DNA of 64,000 nucleotides, from NCBI GenBank assembly GCA_053919585.1, contig CM132792.1; one strand, written 5' to 3'. The position numbers were made by a program, and so were the translations under genes. Below are positions 37,643 through 49,759 of this stretch, in pieces (the first letter of the stretch is position 1; each line of letters starts with the position of its first letter). Source of the DNA: Euprymna scolopes (taxonomy: Eukaryota). Below the pieces are notes generated by a model. The model was given only the letters and a program-made list of their open reading frames with translations, made no database searches and had not been told where the DNA came from.

Positions 37643-37914
37643 TCGAATGGGAATTCAGCAATCAAATTCTAGTCATTATACAGAAAAGGGAAGGACACTA
37701 CTTTAGCCTTCAATAGTTCATTCAGAGAGATTATTTTTAGGTGTGTCTTCACGTTTCTAGTCAAAGATTTGTCCGTGATTCCGACGACTCTATTGTTAGC
37801 ATTGTTTTCACGATATTTTTCTAGTAAAATTCTTTCTAAAAAACCATGAGGTACTTATGAAAGTTACTAGCCTCATAAGTTAAAGTATTTTCGGATACGA
37901 ACTGGATTCAAATT

Positions 37915-38188
37915 TTTAAAGAATGGTTTTATTTTTAATGAAATATATTATAAAATATATATATTTCCTTTTTAGTTTTTAATGATTGTTTATATTTTTA
38001 ATGAAATGTATTATTATAAAATATATTTACTTTTATATGTTTTTTAAGATTGTTTTTTATGAAATAGATTATTAGAAATATATATTTACTTTTATAGTTT
38101 TTTAAAGAATGGTTTTATTTTTAATGAAATATTATGTAATAAAATATATTTACTTTAATATGTTTTTAAAGAATGAATTTACTTTTAA
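37915..38188. repeat. AT-rich minisatellite, ~60-bp unit, ~4.5 copies
   Basis: Recurrent GAATGGTTTTATTTTTAATGAAAT...ATATTTACTTT. Confidence 0.75.
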
Positions 38189-38466
38189 CTAGCGGTGCCC
38201 GGCCACACGTTGCTGTGGCTTAGTAGAAATGAAAAAGAAACGCCCCAAAATAGCAAAAATGTATGTTACTTATGTTTTTAATACTTGTGGATACCTTTGA
38301 TTGAGAGTGGTCTAAACATTGTTTTGAGAGGCACGCGCAGCTAGACACACGCACACAAACAGACGTACGTACGAATTACCAAATTGGGAAAATGATGTTG
38401 TTTTTTTTAATGTAATAAATATCTTTCTTTTCGCCATAATGCACGCACGCAAAGAAATTTAAACAT

Positions 38467-38536
<70 letters not shown>

Positions 38537-39452
38537 TGTATATATGTGTGTGTGTATTTTTCGCCTGAATAGTTTAATGGTGCAATGTTTATTTAAGATT
38601 AGTTTTTGTTATTTAGCAATTTACTTAACAACAAAATTTTTGTTTTCGTTTAGAAAGGCACGCGCAAACAAAGACACGCACACAGACAAACGTACGGACG
38701 CATAAGTCTTGTTTTTGTTTTGTAACGCATGCGCAGTCGAACACACGCACACGAACATACGTATATACGAATGTACAAATAAAAGAAAAACGGAAAGACA
38801 CTGCAAATACAATAAATATGAAATGTACATATGAATTTTTTTTCACCAGAGATGTAGCATCTTACTTTAATAACAGAAGTTGTGTACAGAGACAGCATAT
38901 TTAAATTGTAGTAACCGTTCGTTAATGTAAGGAAGAACTGGAATCAAGAATATGAGGATTATCAGAGCTCAACTTCAAAAAAAGACTTAAGAATTTCGCT
39001 TAAGTTTCTGAGTGTCCGTTTGTGTCTGGTCCAAATTTCTTGGAGCTGATGCTATGCCCTCTCGATAGTTGTTTCTTTAAAACTGTCAATCGACTCTTGG
39101 TGTGCACTGTTGTTATTACATATTGCTTTTTTTTGATGTTGTAGGCGACTGAAAATACAATTGTGAATTACTTAGGGCCTCAAAAGCAACTGCGGGGCGT
39201 TATTTTTTTTCTTGTTAAGCGACCAAACCCTACAACATACAACCATACGTAATTCAGGTAACGATTTTCCCTAAATTTCCTCCAAATCTCATAATCACAA
39301 CAAGGACACGAGGGTAGTACTCGTCTTTTCTTCGAAAAAGATCCACGCACACTCTCGCCTGACATCTGAGTTTTAATAGGCACTCTATCAGCCTGAGGGG
39401 GGGGGGCTACATACATCTGAATCACTGTCCAGTGGATTTGAATTCAGATAGA
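38189..39452 (-). mobile_element. Non-autonomous Helitron (right boundary uncertain)
   Basis: ACTAG followed by hairpin GCCACA(CGTTGC)TGTGGC marks a minus-strand 3' end. Confidence 0.55.
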
Positions 39453-39599
39453 TTAAGCACACTATACTCAGAATCGTTTTCTTCGCTGATGATAATGGCG
39501 TTTCTATTACTAGTCGGAGGTTTAATGTGACGAGTAACCCCATCAGTTTTCATGGACTGCAGTCTGATCACTTCAATAACACAACCAGTCCTATATTTT

Positions 39600-40560
39600 G
39601 TCGTTAATTTGCCGCCTGGGTTTTAAAACACAAACGACTATTTTTATACTTCTCTCCAGTCACCTCTGGTTCAGGCAGCGAGTTAGCCTCAACACCGCTT
39701 TTTCGAGCATGGTATCTATAGTGTCTCAGTCGGCTTAGTGAAGGTGAAGTGTTATCTTTCAGAATGAGGCTGTGCCAGTAGATCGCATCCAATATTGAAC
39801 AATTCTTTTTGGTCGCGATGACCTTAACTGTCCTATGCCATCATTCTACAATTCTGTTTCCACTCGCCGAGTAAGGACAGCGAAACTGCAAATGCACATC
39901 ACAATTCTTCGTAAATTCACAAAGTTTTTACTAATAAATGCAGTAACGTTGTAGGTCGGTATTTCCATCGGTGGGTCTCGCTCGAGGAAAATAGTCTCCA
40001 ACTAACGGATAATAGTGGTCCAATCTTGTCGGCGCAGTGGTCGCCATATTGCAAATTAAGATGAACCACAGTCGATGATACTTAGAAAATTCTCACCATT
40101 GTGGTGAGTTATGTCCAGAGACAAATGTGTATATTAAGCAACATTCGGTCAACGGCCCCCCGAACCAACCGAGCTAGGCACCGCAGCTCAGCAAAAACTC
40201 CTCTACCCTGTCATTCGGGAGTTGTCGAGTAACGAACTGGTAATATGTAATAAATGCATCAGTAGTATATGCAGTTATGATGGCCTGCTTCATCTGTTCT
40301 GCGTCTGCTTTCTGCTCCTTGCTAAGTTGTCTGTACATGGCCAAAGCTCTATCTCGCAATAGAAATGGCAGGACGCGCTCAACATTTTTCATGGCGCAAA
40401 GTTCACACACTAGTTCTACCTTTTCAATCCATTCGACAATGGGCATATCAGTTGCAGCACCATTAAACTCTGGAATCAACCGGACATAAAAAAAACGTTG
40501 CCCTTTCATTGTCTTCGCGTAATATACAGCCGAAATAGCTTATTTTTACAACTTTTCGCA
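39600..40560 (-). mobile_element. Deleted Gypsy-type LTR retrotransposon (gag and integrase fragments)
   Basis: ORF 40174-40509 LIPEFNG...VEWIEKVELVC (gag-like); integrase-like FRCPYSASGNRIVE*WHRTVK near 39820-39890. Confidence 0.7.
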
Positions 40561-40577
40561 CGATAGCATGCGCTCGT

Positions 40578-40725
40578 TCCATCAGCCACGACTGGATGGA
40601 AGTCCTAAATAATTCGAAATTTTATTTTGCGTGTCGCTCGCACTGAGAATTGAACTTTCAACCTCCATAAATAATAACTGATACAATTAAGTTTTCCAAG
40701 TAATTTATCCACTACGCCACGGGTT
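40578..40725 (-). mobile_element. tRNA-derived SINE
   Basis: Minus strand GTGGCGTAGTGG...AGTTCAATTC; inverted homolog at 41747-41897. Confidence 0.6.
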
Positions 40726-41746
40726 CTTTCACTGTGAAAATAACACTCAAAATTAGAACAGTACAAAAACTCAAAATATTACGAATAATCATTCCTCATC
40801 TATTAAATTTAGACGTGTTTTTTTTTTCACCTGTACCTGTATATATTTGTGATCAAATTTCACCTGTACCTGTATATATTTGTGATCAAATTTCAATGCA
40901 GGAGAATCACTTGAAAAAAAATCTAAACAACAAATAAAACGAAATAAAAAAAACTTAGAAAACGTGAAAACAAAAATAAATACAGGATTGAAACCAAAAC
41001 AAACGAAAAACAGAAATAAGGATGAAACTCGAAATAAAAATATATTTTTAAGCGACGCCCACTCCGACATCGTCAAAACGCGTATCATTTGTATTTTTCT
41101 TTCTGTTATAAGTAAGCTGTGTAAATGCTCGTCTTATTATAATGTTTATGGCGCGTCCATTTATCTTGAAAGAAGCAAAAACACAGGAAAGAAAAAAATA
41201 TATATCTTTAGTGAAAATCAAACTCAGAGATCGTAAGTCATCGAATTACTGTTGTATAATAACGTTGAAAACCTGGTTTCAGTCTCTTTGAATTTGTACT
41301 CCATCTTTGCTTCAGACACTTGAATGCAACGCCCCGACCAATAAATTACTTGTCGTGTTCACCGCATACCATGATTATGGGGTAAAAGTGGATCTGCAAT
41401 TAGATTTCCAGAGCCCCAATCTGTCATTATTTTTTGTGTTTCAGGTTGAATTTATAGCGATTTCGCCATGAATAATTTTGCTTCGATATGTATCGCATAA
41501 TACCAACGCATGTGTCGAATAGAAGGTTCAGAACTACAAACTAACCAGCAACATTGTACTAAGATGGAACATGTAAAAACATTTTGTGCAAGAAATACGA
41601 AAACAAAATAAAATTGTTTCTGAATTTTTGACATGAGAATTGATACTTCGTATTATTTGGATTATTCGAACCATTTTCAGGCGTATCTTTTCTAACTCGG
41701 GAATCTTTCAGTAGAATTCGAAAATTCATACAAGAATTGTTCGCAA

Positions 41747-41897
41747 GGAGCCGTGAAGTAGTGGATAAAATATTTAGAAAAAAATCAATTGTAATTGATA
41801 CCGTTCTAGAGGTTGAAAGTTCAATCCTCAGTGTGTCCGATATTCAAAATACAATTGCGAATTGCTTGGAGCTTCTAGCTGACCATGGCTGATGGAT
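41747..41897 (+). mobile_element. tRNA-derived SINE (same family as 40578-40725)
   Basis: GTGAAGTAGTGGATAAA...AGTTCAATCC...CATGGCTGATGG. Confidence 0.6.
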
Positions 41898-41949
41898 GAA
41901 ATGAAAGGTTCTGTTCAAAATTCCGTGCAGATTCAGGAATTAAACAAAA

Positions 41950-42220
41950 GGATTCCAGAGTTCGATAAGCTTCTTTCTTAGAGCTGCACGCCTGTGTGAC
42001 TCTCTTCCGTTACCCTGCTTTCCAACTGACTAAAATACGGTCGTCTTCAAGTCCAACGTGAACAACTTTTTGACGAGGCAACCCCTTAAGTAATCCAATT
42101 CCCCAAATTTCCACTACTAACGAATACTACGATATTTTCCCATTGACTACTGTACACTCATTAACCCTTATCCTCGAGTGACCTCTGGGCCTTGATAAGT
42201 GGTGACTCCTTTTTAAAAAA
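41950..42220 (+). mobile_element. LINE family A 3' fragment
   Basis: Homologous to 32815-33055. Further copies at ~43200-43470, ~44125-44557, ~49398-49570 (-) and ~60476-60832. Confidence 0.85.
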
Positions 42221-42222
42221 TA

Positions 42223-42335
42223 CACCTGAAAAAGGTATAAGGTTACATCGATCGAAACGTTGTGAAAATAACACTTATTTGGATTAATCGGACTACTGTT
42301 TGAGAACAATAGTCCGATTATTGAAATAATCCGAA
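42223..42335 (+). mobile_element. Decayed copy of the 20193 PLE-type hammerhead end plus local hairpin
   Basis: CAC-CTGAAAA...GAAA-CGTT-GTG (G8 lost); TAATCGGACTA/TAGTCCGATTA hairpin. Confidence 0.55.
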
Positions 42336-42714
42336 GATGAGATTGATATGCATAAAGGGTACGAAAATGAGAATGTCGAGTACACGACGAACATGGGTGG
42401 AAATAAATCTAGCGGTGAGAGGATGCATACCTAAACACGAAAATAACATTAAAAGTTAGGAATATTTTCTTTTTGCAAAACAGTACGGGTACGTTTTTTT
42501 TTTTCCCTCTCGTATCCTCTGGGAAATCATCAAACCAAAAAGCACCTGTACAGAGCATCCCTTGCGAATGCGTCGCATCTGCGTTTCGGCAATAAATGAT
42601 GTTGTTCTGATGTCGCTGTCAAATATTTTCTAACTTCATTTGCCTGATAATTCTCATCGCCGTGTTAATGTTGTGATACGCCGTGGCCGAAATATTTTGC
42701 AATGATAAAATAAG

Positions 42715-42949
42715 CTAAGGGGTCGACTGTAACCGAGGGCGACCCGAAGGTTTCCGTTTCATTAGCTAATACACCCTGATTTAGGGAAGGGTGCCATTCT
42801 ATTATCAGGATTGCTCCACTTGCCCTTAATTCTTCCTTTATATAGCTGTGTGTTTAGCGAGGGGGCAAAAAGTGCCATTTTTAGCCTTACGTATGATCCT
42901 GATCAAGGAGAGAACTCCGAACTCCAATTTCCTAGTCCATTAGTGAACA
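42715..42949 (-). mobile_element. tRNA-derived SINE, MetaSINE-like
   Basis: Minus-strand tRNA-like head next to the gap, a TGGCACTTTTTGCCCCCTCGCTAAACACACAGC Meta-domain-like segment and a GAGGGCGACCCGAAGG tail. Confidence 0.55.
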
Positions 42950-44870
42950 NNNNNNNNNNNNNNNNNNNNNNNNNNNNNNNNNNNNNNNNNNNNNNNNNNN
43001 NNNNNNNNNNNNNNNNNNNNNNNNNNNNNNNNNNNNNNNNNNNNNNNNNNNNNNNNNNNNNNNNNNNNNNNNNNNNNNNNNNNNNNNNNNNNNNNNNNNN
43101 NTACAGTAAATAAATGGGGCTTTTGCATTAATAGATGTTGTGAGCTTGTTCCTATCCTATCTTCATTTTCATAGCAAGTGATCGAGTGAACTCCAATCCA
43201 CGGTTCCCCCCTTGGTAAACTTTCACAAAAACACTCGACTATCTTCAACCACTATATCTGATTTCCCACAATCTCTATCTGTGCCTTAATCTAAACGCAG
43301 ATTCCATGGACAATACTTCTTTCGCAGAACTGCCTCTCTGTGAAACACTGTTCCACTGGCCTGCTTCCCGGTTGAATATAACATAGTAGCCTTCAAATCC
43401 AATGTAAACAAGTTCTTGTTGAGCTGTCTCTTTAAATAATCAACTTCTACCCAATTTACACCATTAACGCTTACTAATATATATCCCGAATATGCTTGAT
43501 CGAACAGGGATTAGAGATTAGTAGATAATGCTGATATATTAGTAGCCATTAATCCTAATTTCTTCTCTTTCTAGGAGTCATTACATTTTAAGAAAGATAA
43601 ACCATTCTGAGTTAATCAAGGTAAAATATATGTATGGAAATTTAACGCGTTGATTCTTATCGGGCCCAAATCATCAACTAACCATGATAATCCATTACGG
43701 ATTATCATATAATTATCATTTATAACCACCAGAAAAGCTTCCCCCTTATCATCATAACCACATTAAACGACATTTTATTCATTTATTGTCGTTTCACTGG
43801 ATAGACCTATCTTTGGTTCGACTTGATTACACCTGTGGGTACATTTTTGTCGAAAATGACCTTTCAAGCATCCAACATTTAATTTAGTTTTTGACAATTG
43901 ATCAAATGTGTTGTTTATTCCCATGTAGGTTCATTATATTTATTCAAACAACTTTTTGATATACCTGTTAATCATGTGATGCTGTTGCTTGCATAGTGTT
44001 TCAAGTGCACCTCTTGTCAAAATCATTGTTCGATGCATACGGCCTGAGTATTTAACATGATGTTAGGTTCATGCTTTTAATAAAAATGATTTTTTGGTAC
44101 AACCAATAATTATTTTATCTATCTTCCCTGCAACCGCTTTCCTACAAAAGAGACGTTGCTAGACTATCTCTGCTCTATCGTTATTTTCATGGTAAGTGAT
44201 CGACTGAACTCCAATCTATAGTTCTCCCTTGCCAAACTTTTATTAAAAAACTCAACTAGCTACAATCACTATATACGACCTGTGCCTAAATCTAAACGCA
44301 AAATCCATGAACAAAGTTTTTTTCCCAGAACTGCATGCCTGTGGAACAGTCTTCTGCTGTCATGCTTCTCGGTTGAATGCAATATGGGAGCCTTCAAATC
44401 CAATGTAAACAAGTTCTTGTTGAGCTGTCCCCATAAATAATCAAATTTTACCCAGTTTACATTATAGGCATGACTACACCACCGCCTTACATTCATTAAC
44501 TCTTATCCTCAAGTGGCCTTCGGGCGTTGATAAGTGGTGACTCCTAACTAAAAAAAATGTTGTTTCTTGCATATTGTCGTCAGGGGCACCTATTGTCAAA
44601 ATGGTTCCTCGTTATATACATATAGGATGTTCAAATTATCCCATCTCCACAAGGTACCATTCTTTTCAAATATGATTTTTTTTTTTTTTTTTGCAAATTA
44701 TTGTTTAGTACATCTTGTTCTTTTTTAATTTTAGAAAGTAAAAACATACACAGGTGTTAATATATTAAAAATATAAAGAATAATTATTTTCTTCCAATTT
44801 TAAATTATTTCCTTTCTTTCTACGAATAACATTAATTTTACTTTCTCTCTTTCTCTTCTCTCAGATGATG

Positions 44871-44914
44871 AACCAGACTCTTCTGTGCCGTGAAGAGTTT
44901 CGTCTTCAGAGGTT
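44871..44914 (-). ncRNA. Hammerhead relic lacking stem II
   Basis: Minus strand AACCT-CTGAAGA-C-GAAA-CTCTTC(ACGGCACA)GAAGAG-TC-TGGTT. Confidence 0.5.
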
Positions 44915-45282
44915 TTAATACAGAGCTACAAAAACAGATCCTTCGAAGATCGTGATGATTGAAAGCTGAATCATGAATTACCTCCTCCATTATTTTACAA
45001 CCCACTCCTTGGCAATCATGTAACCGGAACTGGATTTAAATCTCTTAACGCTGTATAAAAATAATTAAATCACCACCAAAAAAATATCTCCAAAGACAAA
45101 TTATATTATTTTAAAAATGAATATGTGTATGTGTTCTCGAAACGTTCTCACAGTATAGTCTTAAACGATATTGGATAGCACATTGGTTAGGACTATGATC
45201 CTGGCTATATTCTTCTACTCTTATCAATCATAGAAGAAATATTTGTGCCAGTGCTTTCGTCTATCACCTTAACTGTTACGGT

Positions 45283-45410
45283 TTCGGTGACTAAGTAGTA
45301 AACAACACAGACTGAAAAGCCAAGTGCCAAGTTCGAATCCAGTTCGCTCTACAGAAACATTTTCATGAAACCCACACATGGCCTTGTGTCTAACTGCCTA
45401 GAAAGGAGAT
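45283..45410 (+). mobile_element. Decayed tRNA-derived SINE
   Basis: B box GTTCGAATCC; shares GTTCG(A/T)ATCCAGTTCG with ~53975-54085. Confidence 0.5.
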
Positions 45411-45954
45411 AAATGAAATAAAGAAAACATTTATATTGATAAAAAATTAAATAGACTTCTATAAGAAATTAGAAAAAATACAATCAATTTTATGTCATAA
45501 TTGGATATCAATTTGTTTTTTTTTTCGCATTACAATTTGATTAGACATCGAAAACATCGAAACTTTTGGCGGGTATCTAATTCAGTATTGGATTCGAGAA
45601 AAAAAAACTTAGTGCCTGTTTTGCGATGCAAAAAACAATTGTTTTAATTTTTTTTTTGTTTGTGTTTATTTAAAACTTGATTTTCAATTCTGATACTAAG
45701 AATAAAATGATAGACATTCATTGATTTAAACTACCAAAGAAACTAAAATACATAAATCAAGCCTCTCCTCACACGTGTATTCCTACGTGTTCTATATTAT
45801 CATCAGAAAGGAATCGGGAAGGAAAATTAAAAACAACAACGCTAAAAGTTGCAATATAATTGGAATACAAATCGGTGATTGTATCTGAATCTGAAATTTA
45901 GAATAAAATCGGAAATTGTATCTATTCTGGGAAAATATTAGAATCACCCCATCA

Positions 45955-46025
<71 letters not shown>

Positions 46026-46074
46026 GGACAAGCATAGATGTAGAATCAACAGATTTGAACTCGTACAAAATCTC

Positions 46075-47436
46075 ATGAATATCTTTGAAACAACCAAAAG
46101 ATATAGCATGATTTTTCCGTCCTTTTTATCCGATCACTTAAGCGTTCCTTCTTCGTCGTCTTTTATAGCCCAGATGGACTCCACGTTCAGCCAAGCGGAG
46201 TCTCTGTCGAGTATGCATGAAAAAAAACAGGCTCGTATGTCGACATCTGCCTCGACGCATATCTCGTTTGCCAGTACTTCAGCTCTCAAAATGAACACAG
46301 ATCCGCCAACAGCTGCTGCTGCTACAGCTATTACTACTCCAACAGCCATCGCCACAAGTTCGACGCACGAAGAAAAATCGAACCCGTTCTTGATAAAGAC
46401 TACCATCACTGGAACCTTCCCAACACAACGATTGCCAATTGGAGAAGATACTGATAATTGCAGCATCTCTAACAACGCAAAAACGATGCACGCTTCTTCT
46501 ATTGTGATCTCTAAATATTCGGATAATATGACTGAAACAATTGCAAATAGGCCGTTCTTTCCCGGAGACGCAACCTTAAATCAAACACACTTTGACATGT
46601 GGCCCCTAAGGATACTCGGTTCGCCAGTCATTTCTAGTCTTAAACCACATATGAACCCGGGCGGGGAACGTTGCCAGTCAACGTGGCTACAGTTCCAAAA
46701 ATCTGCGGAGTATTGGTTTGATTCTGGGGCTCCTGACATCACCGGTGCTAAACAGAACACCCAGCAACAAGTTATCGGCACTCGTCTTCATCACCACAGC
46801 CAGACAACCACAAACACTTCTCCGCGTGATTATCTCATTTGTCCGACCATGAAATCTTATTTCACTGAATCGAATGTTAGTCATCATTACATTTCCGGCA
46901 CTTACCAAACCGAAGCTTTAATGCAGATAAGACCCCGTTTCGATCAGCCTACTGCATTTGGCGCGTACATCAGCCAGGGTACAGTGTCTTCGTCTTCAAC
47001 AGAGCAGGTGAAATCCACCCAGCAGTACTCAAACCGTCGACGTTTAACCGGGCAGTTGTGTTGCGAGTGCCCTAATTGTCGGGATATCGAGAAGCTGGGA
47101 CCGGTTGGTGAACCACTTAAAAACCAACAAATGCATAATTGCCACGTGCCCGGCTGTGGCAAGGTGTACGCCAAGGTTTCGCATCTGAAGGCGCATCTGA
47201 GGTGGCACACGGGCGAGCGGCCATTCGTGTGCAATTGGCTCTTTTGTGGCATGCGTTTCACGCGGTCCGATGAACTACAGCGCCATTATCGGACTCACAT
47301 AAGCGATAAGAAATTCGCCTGCCCTGTGTGCGACAAGCGATTTGAGCGTAGTGATCACCTGAGCAAACATGTCGCGATCCACGGCACGGACGAAAGTGAG
47401 CGAGAGAAGGCCGGAGAAATGAGCAACACAGAGTGA
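46075..47436 (+). CDS. Sp6-9: Sp6-9 (Sp8/Sp9-like) C2H2 zinc-finger transcription factor, divergent; true start uncertain (ATG 46075, 46108 or 46174, or an upstream exon spliced to an acceptor at 46168)
   Basis: Buttonhead box CCECPNC (47059-47079) in the context [22 protein letters not shown], matching Sp6-9 GRATCDCPNCQEAERLGP. Three fingers 47140-47382 include [15 protein letters not shown] and FACPVC; S/T-rich N-terminus; AATAAA at 47718. Confidence 0.93.
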   Translation: MNIFETTKRYSMIFPSFLSDHLSVPSSSSFIAQMDSTFSQAESLSSMHEKKQARMSTSASTHISFASTSALKMNTDPPTAAAATAITTPTAIATSSTHEEKSNPFLIKTTITGTFPTQRLPIGEDTDNCSISNNAKTMHASSIVISKYSDNMTETIANRPFFPGDATLNQTHFDMWPLRILGSPVISSLKPHMNPGGERCQSTWLQFQKSAEYWFDSGAPDITGAKQNTQQQVIGTRLHHHSQTTTNTSPRDYLICPTMKSYFTESNVSHHYISGTYQTEALMQIRPRFDQPTAFGAYISQGTVSSSSTEQVKSTQQYSNRRRLTGQLCCECPNCRDIEKLGPVGEPLKNQQMHNCHVPGCGKVYAKVSHLKAHLRWHTGERPFVCNWLFCGMRFTRSDELQRHYRTHISDKKFACPVCDKRFERSDHLSKHVAIHGTDESEREKAGEMSNTE

Positions 47437-48823
47437 ACAGATTCTGATAGAGAAACCAAATAGCGCGTGACACATGCTTCTTATGAACGAGATAAGTTTA
47501 CTTCGCTCATCTGATATGTGGCGTATAGAGCTAATAACAGAACTGCGACATCACATTTGGTCAAAATGAACGTACAATTACTGCTGAAAACACATTAAAT
47601 GTGCCATTTCCCTGGCATTGCTATGAATAAACTAGCTAACTTTACAATGTATCATTTATAGTTTGCATTTTTTTAAGTATGAAATTATCTAAAAGGGTTG
47701 ATATACCGTAAACCAGAAATAAAACTCTTTTGACTTTAAAAGTCAAAAGAAGGCAAGCTATTCTCAATGTTTNNNNNNNNNNNNNNNNNNNNNNNNNNNN
47801 NNNNNNNNNNNNNNNNNNNNNNNNNNNNNNNNNNNNNNNNNNNNNNNNNNNNNNNNNNNNNNNNNNNNNNNNNNNNNNNNNNNNNNNNNNNNNNNNNNNN
47901 NNNNNNNNNNNNNNNNNNNNNNATAATACGTTCGGGAATTTTTAGATGTGATTTGATAACAGACTACTGCCGATTATTTATTATCAAAATGGCCTTCTGC
48001 CCGTGCGCCAAGACGAACTATGGAATCTTTGCTTGGAACTCAAGAATCTTCAAAATTTTTTGAATGNNNNNNNNNNNNNNNNNNNNNNNNNNNNNNNNNN
48101 NNNNNNNNNNNNNNNNNNNNNNNNNNNNNNNNNNNNNNNNNNNNNNNNNNNNNNNNNNNNNNNNNNNNNNNNNNNNNNNNNNNNNNNNNNNNNNNNNNNN
48201 NNNNNNNNNNNNNNNNNNNNNNNNNNNNNNNNNNNNNNNNNNNNNNNNNNNNNNNNNNNNNNNNNNNNNNNNNNNNNNNNNNNNNNNNNNNNNNNNNNNN
48301 NNNNNNNNNNNNNNNNNNNNNNNNNNNNNNNNNNNNNNNNNNNNNNNNNNNNNNNNNNNNNNNNNNNNTATACTTCTAACATGCATACACACACACACAC
48401 ACATGTATATATATATATCTATAAAGTTATGAAGTCTAAGAGTATATAAGAAAAGCGAATTATTTTTTAACATTGAAATTTAAGTGTTTTCTTTAAATAC
48501 TGAGTAATAAGTCTTATATCGGAAAATCTTTCTTTCTCCCTCTCTCTCTTTCTATAGGCAACAAGTCATTATTCAAAAAGATTTAGTTGAATACCCTGGA
48601 ATTTTCTCATTCATTAAATTTTCTTAGCTCAGGGTATTCATATTTCAGTCATTTCTTTAGCCTCTTGCCCCACAAAACATTCGATAAAATTATAACAATT
48701 ACAACTCCCACCCCCAAAAAAATCAATAAAAAATCAACTGTTTCATTTTTCTAAAAGGCAAGAAGCCAGATTATATAAACTGCCACAAGAAACCAGAAAA
48801 ACAAAAAGTTCGCCTCTAGAACA

Positions 48824-48885
<62 letters not shown>

Positions 48886-48899
48886 ATTTATAAAATATA

Positions 48900-49395
48900 T
48901 ATGGCGATTAAGCTACACTGAATATTCTGCGTTTCATCCACTATAGGATTCGTCAGGCTTATGCGCGAATTTTGTGGTTGCTTCTTGTTTTTATATATGT
49001 TGAGGATTTCTAGTGCGCCAATCAGCTTTCTAGTATCCACCGCGCCCCCTCCTATCAGCCAATGGGCATGCATTTTATCGAACAAAGGATCTGTTTTAGA
49101 ACTAGGTTAGTGGTTTACGGTAGATCTTTTCCTTCCTTTTTTATATATATATATAAATATACCTATGTGTACACACATATATGCACATATATATCCACAC
49201 ATATATATATATATATACATATATGTGTGATCGTTTATATGTATTTATGTTTATTTAATTTATTTATTTGTTTGTTTTCTATTGTTATTGTTAGTTTTAA
49301 AGCTATTTTGTATCGCTATCCTAGAGTAAGTTTTATTTTGTGAACACAGTTGTTTGCTATTTCTCGTCTACAGTTTAATAGATTTTGAGGTTCTT
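48900..49395 (-). mobile_element. Penelope-like element 3' end / pseudo-LTR
   Basis: Minus strand LLNCRREIANNCVHKIKLTLG*, then two ATTGG, a GC-rich box, TATATAAAAA and a hammerhead. Confidence 0.75.
48909..48961 (-). ncRNA. Type I hammerhead ribozyme (PLE-associated)
   Basis: TAAGC-CTGACGA-ATCC(TATAGT)GGAT-GAAA-CGCAGAATATTCAGTG-TA-GCTTA; perfect stems I and II, GUA triplet. Confidence 0.85.
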
Positions 49396-49584
49396 ATTAC
49401 GTTAGTGTGGAGATTTGATGAAGTTTTTACTTAAGGGGGCGGTTCATTAGGAATTTGTTAACGTTGAATTTGAAGACATCCAAGTTGTAGTCCGGTGGGA
49501 AGCAGGCAGCGGAACAGAGTTCCACAGGCGTGCAGTTCTAAGAAAGAAGCTTTGTTCATGGAATCCGCGTATGATTCGGAGCGG

Positions 49585-49692
49585 TACATACACCGACTAG
49601 CCTTCCCAAATGGTCACTCATCTGGTACTGAGCAGACTTATCGTTGCTTAACTTAGGTAATCTGGCGAGAACAGGTGTGTCAATGTGATATA
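49585..49692 (-). mobile_element. 5S-derived SINE head
   Basis: Reverse complement matches the 5S-like head; another very decayed head lies at ~52944-53040 (+). Confidence 0.7.
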
Positions 49693-49706
49693 TACAAACA
49701 CACACT

Positions 49707-49759
<53 letters not shown>

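Noticed and set aside
44558-44586. Minus-strand CTGACGA..GAAA
   Set aside because: No credible stem I, II or III.
46024-46074. TTG start given by the ORF track for the Sp gene
   Set aside because: Eukaryotic gene; a non-ATG start next to a (TA)n run is an ORF-caller artefact.
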